The notes below the pieces were generated by a model. It saw only the letters and a list, made by a program, of their open reading frames with translations, did not search any database and was not told the DNA's origin. A stretch of 64,000 nucleotides of DNA from contig CM082581.2 of the NCBI GenBank assembly GCA_040954595.2, positions 6,502,699 to 6,566,698 of the forward strand, read 5' to 3'. The stretch comes from Balanoglossus misakiensis. Lineage: Eukaryota > Animalia > Hemichordata. This document shows positions 12,001-24,000 of the stretch, piece by piece. Numbering within the stretch: the first letter of the stretch is position 1; the number at the start of each line of letters is the position of its first letter. The position numbers and the translations under genes were made by a program.

Positions 12001-15000
12001 TAGCAAAATTGCAACGGTAGCTTTGTTTTGTGATGTTTATGTCATAATTCTAGAACAGATAACAAAACTATAGTAGTTTTTAAGGAAAAGATGGGAAGCA
12101 CATTTGAGCTGTACTAAAATTATCTATGTATGGTAGCATCACTTGGTGAATCAAACAGTCAAATAAAAAAATTTATGCTGCACAATATTTGTTATCACTA
12201 ACATTAAACTGGATGAAACATGTTTGATCACATTTTGTAGTAAATAATTGATTCATGATCTCAGTGTGTTTTCATCTCATTTTTTTCATTCCAACTTATT
12301 TTATAGTAGTTTATGTATATACAATCTCCACAGCTTATTTTGGACCAAGTGATGCTAAATTTTATTTTTTTCATTATAATCAGACTCAAATTAAAAAAAA
12401 ATATGATGAATTTTATCTTTGAAGTGAAATGTGTTGATAAACCACAAATCTTTCCTTCCAACTGCTTGCGATGTAAAAATTATCATATCCCAAAGCCTAG
12501 GATTCGTGTGTGGACACCTACCTCTTTTTCTTGTTTGACCTCTGCTATTTTTTGGAAAAGGAGTTCGTTTTCGTAGTTCCTTCCTTCTCTGGCTGAAGCC
12601 ATTTGTTTCTTCAACGTTGATATTTCACAGCACAGCTTGGATTCGTTGTTGAGATAGACATCTTCCTGAGCTCGGAACTTGGCCTCCGCCCGCTTCATCT
12701 TGTTGATGATGTCTTCCAGTTCATCAACTCTCTGAATGAAATGTGACACAGTGCCAGACAAAATTAATGACAAAATATAAACACCTTGTTTTATAACAAG
12801 CTGAAAATATACCAATAAGAACACCAGACTTTGACATTCCACTCATCACATTCACAACTCACCTTATTTGACTCCTCTAACTCACTAAGCTTATTCCTAA
12901 GTTCCGCTTCCAAACTACTGATCTTTGCAGCTAGCCTGTCCTTCTCATGTTCCAAATCCAAGTTTTTTCTCTTCAGACTGACTTCGGTTGCAGTCATTTT
13001 CTTGAGTTTCTGTCAAAGAAATGAAAGCAGAAAAATTCTATAATTGGAGCTATATGATTAATTTTGTTTTTGCCAGTACGAATAAACACATGTCCACCCC
13101 AAACAGGTTTGTTCAACATTGATTTACCCATTCTTTCTGATATAGTTTTTAGTCTATGAACAGGACAATTTCAAAGCCAATTTGCAAGTCCAGTATATAT
13201 TGACATTGGGCATCTCTAACAGCTTGTGAACATTAAACCATTCCTATAAGTGAAACAAAATAATAAGTCCTTTTTGATCATTGGACGGCTCAAAAGACAA
13301 TCTTACTTTTGATCATTTGAAAACATGGAAAAGAAAAATTCATATCTTTGACTTACCAAGTCTGCAATATCTAACATTGCTCTGGCTCTAACCAGTGTCT
13401 TCTTATCTTCCACTGAAAGTTTATCTTCATCCTGTCATTAATCAAAGCGTACAATTATAGTCAACAAAAACACAAAACAGAACAGAATCAAAATATGCAA
13501 TCTTTCTGATTTAAGAGACAATGCCTTCCAATATCTTTCAGTCAATCATACAACCTTAAGCAAGTTTGGTGTACCATATGCTGAATAGGACAAAACATAT
13601 ACTGTTGATAACAGACTCAGTGTATAGTTGAATGTCACTGCATTACTGTTTGCATATGGCTATGTTATAGTGCACCCATAATGTGTATGACATTCAAATA
13701 GAATGCAACCTGAACACTAACACAAAACAGAACATGTCGCTGTGCGGCTCCAAACAGACACAGACACGAAACTCCTTACCACGACATCCATTCTACGCAA
13801 CATTTTGATCCGATTTTCCGACCAATCCCGCAAGAACGAAAATAACTCAGAAGAGCAACAGGTGTTACACTGTTTCCCCCCTGATCACGGATGATAATTT
13901 GGCCATTATGGGCTTTTGTTGAATGACCGTTGCCTACTGACCAATGGCTAATGAGGACATTATGCAGAAATATGTGCCGTAACATCCACCCATTGTGTAC
14001 ATATACCTCATACTGTCTCTCTCTCCGAAGCATGGCTGCCGTCTTCGGCAAAGCAAAACCTGCCATATTCTCTAAAAACTGCACTTCAGCTAGACTCCAA
14101 TATGGTTGCCAAACTAAAATGACTCCAGTCCGTACATGTTTAAATTACCCAGCCACACTATTTTGAACCGTGTATACCATTCTGTTATGGTGCTATTTAA
14201 CAATCTTGCTGGCTGAAAGGGTTATTTTTGGCTCTTTTTGATGACATATACGCAAATTGTTCGCAGAACCTGTAACATCACTACAGCAAAGTCACATCTT
14301 TTTCAATTATTATCAGGAAGTATGACATCCATCTTTCAATTATTCAATTATTTTTATAATGCAAGAAAGATAATCTAAAATTATAATTTGTAAACATGTA
14401 CACAAATAAAAACAGCTTCATATTCATATTTTTATTTTCCTATATACTGTCCTTCAACCAACAATGAAACAATGTTTATAAAGTGATATCTCTGTGCAAT
14501 TTATTTTTGCTATGAGCTTGGAGACAGGGACTAGGTCATTTTGATCTGATTATGTATACAAGCAGTGAACTGCCAAGGTGATTAACTTTACACCCAGGGA
14601 CACTCTATCTGGCCTCTGGTATGTCAGGCATGATGGTTGCTATGGTAACAATCAAGGTGAAAATATGTTGGGCTAAATACATTAAACACCTAATTGTAAA
14701 TATTACTGTGCACTGCTATGATGAGGATCAGTAAACAGTGACCTACAGACTGCTTGTGGTTAATAGATACTGGTTTCACGTTATTAAAAGGTTTAGTGAA
14801 AGGTCACCATACACAGATTGATTCTTTCATCCCTGTTTTCCAATGACTCGGCACTGGAGACAATAGGGTCAAACCATAACACAGGGGGTGAAGGGATGAT
14901 AGCAATTTTTATAGCAATGCAGTGTATGTGCAGCTCATGAACTCTGTCAAAGCTAGACATAAAAGACTGTGTTGTAGCTTTTCATGTCTCTAATCATGGG

Positions 15001-18000
15001 GGTTAAGAATTTTTGAAATTATATGCCACAGGTGATCAGGACAATGTAATGAGGCAATATTTCTTATAAGCAAACATAATGGTTCTGTTGACAAAGCTCA
15101 GTCCTACACGACAACACATTGTTTGTTTCCAAGCTATATAATACAAATGTCACAGGTTAATAGTAGGTGTGTTAGAGGCATATGCCGCAGATGAATGACC
15201 CATTTTGAACCTGCTGACCCTATATTGTTTGTACAGGACAATATACCTTTGTTTCGTAAGCTTACTTGGGCAGGGATTGAGCAATTCACTTGGAGGTTAA
15301 GCAGGTTAATTAGCATGGCTATTTCATGAACACCTGTTGAGTGCCTTGAACACCAAGTCCAACTGTAGAGGGCACACTGCATTGATATTAATATTTTTAT
15401 GCATAATTCTATTCATTGAAAAAGTGTTAAGTCTGACACCCATTACAAGAAGAATCTGCTCACTATATTTTCCTTTTTCTCCTTCCTTCTGATTTCAGTT
15501 CTAAATGGAAAATTCTCTGCACAAACTTTCTGACCAAGTGCATGGCTTGTGTATGAATACCTTCAATGACAACTTCATCAGTACAACTTTTGCTGCTTAA
15601 CAGCATCTCATGAACACAAACAAGCCACTCAAAGTCAAACCAGTTCCATTCACATGGACACCACTCCACTCGATGTCGTTAAAACCCAACCTTGTCACTT
15701 CTTGCAAGCAGAACAGTTTACAACTCCACAACACTGTTCAACTTCTCCCCAATATCCACAGATAATTTCAACAGATCAATATAAAACAACATTCAGAACT
15801 TACCTCTACACTTCCCATCTTCTCTAGTTTCTTCTTGATGTCAGCAACGGACATTCCCTGGAAGAGGTCGGAAAGCTCCATGAGTTCGGATTTATAGACT
15901 TTTATCAACAGGGTTCCAAACAGCATCGACTGGTGCAACAAATGTTTTTATATCTGACTCCACGTTATTGCAGCATCCAACATATCATGCAGTGGCAAGG
16001 TTGCAGTTGCGACAGTGTACAGGACGACAAGCACAGTGCAGACGACAGCCAACGTTGGACTAGCTCCAAGGGAACATATAAAATGTACTGTACAACAGGG
16101 TGTGTTTGTGCTTGTGTGTGTACACTACCCCCAGCAGATCGGTCAAATGAAGTCACAAAACTTGACAAGACAGACAACAAGGCACAAACTTAACAAGAGT
16201 CTGCCAGTCACCGGACAGTGCAAGTTCATACGCTCTACGATACGAACAGAACAGAGACCCGAACAATGACTTTTTGAAGTAAATCCCCCAAAGAACACGC
16301 ATACCGTGAGATGATGAATTGACATAGTAAATTATTTCCGAACAAAATCAATAAGCTATGAACCATAGACTTTGTTCTTTTGAAGTGGTATGACCTATTT
16401 TTTTTTCAAGCATCCATCAATTGTCGTAAATGATCTGGCCTCCATTGGGGTTTGAACTATGACCTCTATTACGAACGTTTTGTGTGTCCGAAAAGTCTAC
16501 CTACAGGCACAGCACCTCAGCCTGAAACTGTGCTCTGGGCCAATTTGATGAATTCTTACTATTTGTCATATTTAAATTTGAAATGAATATTTATATCTTT
16601 ATAACTTCAACCAATGGAAGAAGATCCCAATATACTTTAAATTATGGGAAATTGAAATCAGGGGATGCAAAGAACACAAAGCAAAATTTTTTGGCTGAGA
16701 TAAATAACATAAAGGAGGCAAGCAAGAACATGTAGCCAATCGCAATGCAATGATAGGGATGGACATCATTTACTTTAAGGGAGAAAAAGAAATCTGTAAT
16801 GGATGGAAAAAGTTGTAAAAATGTACATGTACCTTGGAACTAAGCAGATTTGTCACCTGGTGTGTTAGCACATTTGACAAAATGAATAAATCTTAGTAAG
16901 CATTGTTTTACGGATGAAAAGTTTGTTGTCAGCTAAATACTTCATGTTAATTTGAGCAAGCAAGCTGATACATAAACTGGATTTGTCTCTACCGGTATGT
17001 TTAAAGTGGGACAAAGTTAAAGGAAGAAAGTTGGGCTAATTTTTGTTTCTGTACTGAAATTGCTATTGTATTACACAATACAATATATATTAAAATGTAT
17101 TCATGTATAGACTTCAATTCATTTTCACACATAACAGACATTAACACAGAATATGTATCTGAGAACATAGAAAAACAAACACAGCGGTAACATAAAAAAA
17201 AATATCGAACAAATTATGACAAATAATGAACAACAACTCTCCTGGCCCTAGAAGTGTGACACGAAACACAAAATTTTAAAGGAATATCAAAAGTTTGTGA
17301 AACGCCTATCTTGAGAGCACAAATCCTACAAACAAAAGACAATTAACATGCTGATGATTAGGTTAGTCAATGTGTACTGGCTACAAAATTCTACTGAATT
17401 CTAAAAATAATACTATTGTTAGTAACATTTACTGACAGCGGATGCTGTGAAAAAAAAACTAGAAACAGATTATCACAAGATAACATCACAGTGTCTAAAC
17501 AACGGGGAGAAACATTGGAATGGTTTAATAGTCTCTGAGTACAGTTTTCCATTTTCTGATAATATTTTCAATAAAAAATAACAAACAAACTGAGAAAATT
17601 AGATATAGAACAGATTGAAATATGTCGCATTATTGACATGTCTGGAAAAATTTGACAATCTCTGCATGTTATAATCACCATACACAGAGACTATGACCAT
17701 TCTCATATTCATATCTACTACAGAAAGACTTATGGGACATATAAAAAACAGGACATGGGTTGACAACTGGTACAAGACTCGGCTACACAACACGGCTACA
17801 CATGTGGTGTAATTTCTTACTGTAAAGCCTTCCTCTGTAACTGCAATTTGCAAAGCGTTGCCATCACTCTCTGTCACCTGTAATACAATTGGTTGGTCAA
17901 TTTTGGGGAAACATGACAGGAGTCAACTGTTCTGATAGGCTGATAGAGAGATGATCAGCCAATCAGCACCAAATTTTCCATAGTACACAAACTATGAACT

Positions 18001-21000
18001 TTTGCTGTGATGTCAACATATCTAAAACCCCAATTTTCACCTACAACATACTACGGTAAGATCTGTTTAACTACCACGCAAACTGTTGTCACGGTTATCC
18101 TGTACTTAATGAATTTCATTTGCCTATCATTACCAGAATATCATCCCCCACCCCATCAATATTCAAAACCCCATTTACTTCTAACCCCTACCCCTACCAC
18201 TGAAATCCAGTACCCAGATCAACCTATATAAACCCAACAAATGTTTGTCCAGGGCATACACCTACCAACCTGCAACATGAATTTTTACAATAAACACATT
18301 TATGTATTCTATCAATTTTCGTCCAAAAAAAATCAGAATAATCCAATACATACCTCAATTTCAGGCAAGGCTGATGAAGACGATCTCTTGACAAGTTTTT
18401 CCGGCGACGCCGGTGACAGAGAAGTTAGCGATTCCGGCCCTAAGGAATGTGCCGCTTCCATCCTTTCCTCTAACTCTAAAATACGGAATTCGAGTAGTTC
18501 GTTTTGGTCTTTGGAATCTCGTAGATCAAACTTGACCTTTTCCACGTTTTCTTCCTCTTCTTTGATCTTTGGAAAATGATTAAAATGAGACAAAAACGGT
18601 AATTTCGTTAACCCCAGATATTTGCAGTTACTACCGGTAGGCCGTAAATTCCGATAGTCTGGTGTCAAAATGCACGCTAAGCCAACAAAACCATCTCCGG
18701 TTCCTTTGCAAGACAGATATATTTATTTTCCTTGCAAGACTGTAGTTGGCTGTGTGGTTCAGGCTCAGAAGAGAAGGTTACATTACCGACACACGACACC
18801 AGTTACTAGTGAATACAACCAAAGAACAATGCTATCCAGGGGGGTTATTTGCATCTCAAAGTTCTGTCAGCGGTTAATTTTCGCAAACACGTACACAAAC
18901 TAACACGCAACAATCCACTGTAATTCAATTCCACCTGCAGATATATTGTTGGTAGGCATGTCTTATTTGAAAGTTCATTCATGATTTTGAATGGTGAACT
19001 TGGAAATACTTTTCAAGTGAACTCAGGAATGAGTATTGTCAAGAGATGTCTGGAGGGCTAAAAAGATCATCATTTTGGCATTCAAGCAAAAAAGATTATA
19101 CACATATTCATTGATGTCAATATGAACATCTTTGCAACTGTTATATTGAGTCAGATAGCAATCTCAAAGATATGCAGGGGTTCTAATACAGCTCATTTAG
19201 ATCAACCATAGCCTCATCACTTAGTCTTCGTGGTATATCTTGGAATATTCATATGAGCTCACCAACCCGCAGACATATTTGAGTTACTAAATCCAGCCAC
19301 CAACCACTCACCTTTTCCTGTAGTCTTCTGTTAAACACAATCAAATTTTGTTTCTCTTCCACCCAGCCAGAGTCTTTGCCTTGCTTGTTGATAATGTTCT
19401 TCAGATCTTCGATTTTAGCTTGACTGTCAAGGAGGTCCAGCTCCAGTTGTTGTCGAAGCTGATTGGATAAGAAATCAACGGCACATTAAACTGAAATCAT
19501 GTCAGATGTTATCATGAATCTGATGGTAGCAACATGTGTATGCGCTGTTTCCATGTTGATATTGTATTTAAACAAGAAGTTTTTGTGTTAAAGAATGCTG
19601 AAAGGTATGAGAATACATGTATACTTTACCTTGCATTCTCGTTGAATGTCCACTGAACCTCCTATCATAGCCTGTAGTTGTGCATAGGCTTTCTTCAGCT
19701 GTAAATATTCCTTGGAAAGCTGCTGGTAATTTCCTTCGAGTTCGGCTCTCTCCAGCTCGTCCCATTCCCCAGACAGGGTGTTGTCGGACTTCTGAGAAAG
19801 GGACGATGCAATGGACGCAGAATCTAATCCAGTCTCGTCTTCTTGGCCTTTCATAGGGGACTCCAGAATCGCGGGCTGTCTCCGTCGTGCTTTCCGCCGC
19901 CTGTGTTGCATGAGGTCAAGCCGACGATCTCTTTCCTGGAAATCAAACAAAGGGGTATGTTAGTTCCATACTTTGAAGTGTCCTCATGCAGTTATTCAAA
20001 AATACAATGCATGACTGGCCACATGTGTCAGCCATAGTGAAGTCGGTATGAAGGTGGCCTTAAGAGTACAGTCAGGTACACTATAAGTGACGATAACTTG
20101 AGGTTGAAGAAGAGGGACCAGAAGAAAAAAACGTTGTTCCGTGTACTTTTATGGCACAGAGACACTGAGTAATTTCATGATGTCAAATTCCAACTTATTG
20201 TTGTGGGACAAAAGCAAACACTTAATAAAAGAATAAGGAAAGATTTGAACTGAGACTGATATCCACACTTCTGAAATTACACCTATATTTAATAATTCCA
20301 TAGCTTCAACAATTATCGGTGTACTCACAATTATTTGCTGCTTGAGTTCTGTGATTGTTTTGAAATGATCATCGGCTTGTTTCTTCAGTTGTTCCAATTC
20401 ACTGCTCTCTTCAGAAGAGTTTCTGCTCAATCTGCCATTCATTTCCACAGTTGGTGATTTCCTGGGGCTGTGAGAATCCTGCCTCCTGATGGGGATTTTG
20501 GATCCCCTCTGGAATTAGAAAAGTGATATTCTCAGCTTTCAGATGTACCATACATGTACTCTCCTCTTGCCATACATCAAGAATTGGCAGTTATTAATAT
20601 GTGCACACTTTCATCCCGGAGAGTTATACTTTAGCAAGAATGGGGATTTTTAAAAAGACAATTTCTGAGTCAGTGCTTTTCCCATTTTTTATGGGTGATA
20701 AAATTCAGTGGAGTTTATCTCAAAGTTAAGCAAAGTGACCATATAATTTTATTTTACACTGAATTAATTTCTATTGAATGTGCAAAATTTAATGAAAATG
20801 ACAATAATAGAAGTGGGTTTTCTAGCAAAGAAAAAGATAACTTGGGCATTCCCATTGACAACAACATTACACAAAACTTACAAGTTTATTGTTGTCTTCA
20901 TTGAGCAGTTTACATCGATCTTCAAGTCTCTTCTTATCATGTTCAAGATCTTGGATTTGTTTGGTCAGTTTGTATCTCTCTGACGTGAATTCGGAATTGA

Positions 21001-24000
21001 AGCTCTTGGCCTTGGATTCCTACATTTACCAAGCAGAAATAAAATTTGTGATTAACAAAATCATACAAATGAAAACATTAGAATATAATTTTTACTCTAA
21101 CTGACAATTGTCTACAGCTTGTATATCTTGATATGGTCGAATTTGACAGAATGACATAGTCAATCACTAGCTCTTTTCATAAATCATATGATTTGATCAG
21201 ATGATCACATGATGTTTGTTGCTGGCATGGTAACATCTCTTCCACTCGCAGCAATATTTTCAATATATTTTATCAAAGCAATCATTCAAGTGAAAATCAC
21301 TCTAATCATCTTACATTTGTGACACATATGCCTGTGTTAATATGGATTTTAACAGAAAAACAAAACAAAAAACAAAACAATGTAACAAACAAAAAGTAAC
21401 GTAACAAAACTTCATAAGTAAATACAAACTATTCAGTACAACATGGACACGAACAATTTGACATTAGGTAGACAGACACTGAGGGAATTAGGACTAGGTA
21501 GGGTGATTTTATTGTTCAACAATTTAGTCTATTATGTTGTTGTTTACCTGTATGGTCCAAGATGGCTCAATGAGTCATCATAAATATGCATTGTACACAT
21601 GAGAAACCCTCAGCTGCTTTAAGTATGCAGATTCTACAACAAGTGTATTGTGAAATAAAAAAAACTTCGAACGTCTGATTAGATTTGACCATTTTGATGC
21701 AACTCAAATCCAAGGCCCTACAAATGATTGCTCTCAGGGTATTAGTTGCCAATCTTGAAGACATACCAACACAGCTTTATCCTTTATAAGTGTCTCATTC
21801 ACTGCTTCCAGGCGGCGAATGAAAGCGATCAGCTCGGCTAGTTTGCGATGAAATCGCTCTCTCTCGAAGTCCTCTAAAGCCTGAGAGTCCTGATGGTTGC
21901 CATGCAGATAAATATCACATCATCAGTTTTCTTTCTTTATTTTTGTTTGTTTTTTGTTGTTGTTAGGTATGTGTTTGATGTGAAATGTTACTGACAGAGT
22001 GTATTTAAAGATTTTGTAAAATGTGTGATAGTGATAAGCTGGAAAGCCAACTATGCATTTTGCTCAAATTTGCGAAAGACAAAAGTGACCACAGGAATGA
22101 AAACAAAATCAGATTTACTGCTACATAAATGAAATCTTTAAATGTTCTTTTAAAAGTGTGGCTTTTGCTATTGAAGTGTGTACAATCAGGATTTGCTTGA
22201 GACTGAGTAATAGCGCCCCCTTACACCAATTACATACATTATTTTGTTTTTATTTCTCTCCACACATTGGCTTGTGTCAAGTGAAAGCGACCAACATTTA
22301 TTTTGAAATCATTCCTGTGCTGTGTAATGAAAGCTGTGATTATTAGCTGTACTGTACAGTGAGACACCTCTCCAAAATGTAATACCAAGATACCACAAAC
22401 CACATAACCAAATGAACTGACAACATCGTGTTTTACAAACTAGCAAAAAGTCAAACAAAGATATCTGTGCCGGATAAAAAATAATTGAAAAAATCAGATA
22501 AAAAAGCATCTTTGCACAATCAGCTACAAGACAAATTTTGCACATATTAATGCATTATTCCATCTACTGCCAACAGACACAAAATATTGCATCAGAATAA
22601 GAATATAGTTGAAAAACATCAAATGTAGATGGAAAATTTGACCATAAGCGACACCTACGAAATGCCACATCCGAAAAAACAACAGAAACCAATGCTACCA
22701 TCACCAACAGTAGGCACACACCCGTGACACCACTGATCTCAAAATGCACAAGGGCAGTACAGACTCAGCTGCAACCACTGCAACCTGAACAACCGTCTGC
22801 ACACATGCATGTTATGGACTATTTCCTTGTCATGGTATTTGATATTGTGAATTCAGGTTCAAGAATTTTCGTCACTAAAAAATTCTAATTTCTACCTCTG
22901 AGCATAAATGAAGCACATGATATAGTGTGTTCACTCAACAACGAGTATCCAATAGCCTCTGCTCGTCCAAATACAGTTATACATCATACCTAGCACCATT
23001 CTGAGAGTAATGGCTGACCCTCATTACTGAATACTGTTTTACTGAAATCAAATGTGCTGTCAAAAAGTAGCTTTAGATTATCAAATTGTCGTCTGGCAAC
23101 CTCCACCTATAAAGCTCGCGAACCTTCAAATATATCTTTGCTATAAAGTTCTGTTAGCAAAAACATGTCTTTGCCATTTCTTTTTTGAACTTATTACTGG
23201 CTGATTCTGCCATCATTTCATTCTGTACACAAATTACACGACTGTATAACAATGAAAAGTTTCTCTATGACATCTGACAAATATACCCGACAATTACATA
23301 CAAAACATGCTTGTGTGTATAGGTGCAGATGACGTCAGATCACAGTGGTAGTCCACACTTACAGGCAAAGAGGGAACTGGACTTAAATATGTACGGGTGA
23401 TGACTGTGAACTGGGGTGTCACAGCACTGACCTGAGATGAGAGTAGCTCCTTTTTGCAGATGCAAAAGACGGGAAGGAAAAATGTAAGAATGGAGAGACA
23501 TGATGCATAGATATCAACTTGGAAAAAAAATGTTTTTTCTCAACGGGTCATTCCATATTGAGTGGAAGTACCGTAGGTATGGAAAGCATGGCAAAGAATG
23601 GTGTGTTTATGTTTGTATTCTTTGTTATGTGTGCGAACAAGCAGAGATCATACATAAATGGTACATGCACATGCATGCATGTAATATCAACGTAATCCAA
23701 CGTAAATCACTGTAAAGACAAACAAAACATTATAAAACATGCAATGATAAATAAAAACATGGATTCACATATAACAAAAACATGGAGAACAACATTAAAC
23801 AAAATATGATGTTAGTGAACAAAGAATGACTAATAAAATGGGATTTCTTTTCTATTTTTAACAGACACACAAACATGTATAACAAAATTTGTAACTTTCA
23901 TATTTTGTCATTTCCCATAGACAGTGATTTCCTGAGGCTTTGCCTTCTTGTATGGCCATCTCTAATCATTACCTTAGTAGTTAGCTTTGTGACATTATCT

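Noticed and set aside
21315-21331. 17-nt AG...GT segment in a JAKMIP intron (and an 8-nt one near 17437-17444)
   Set aside because: Would shift the frame in an all-phase-0 gene; likely chance.
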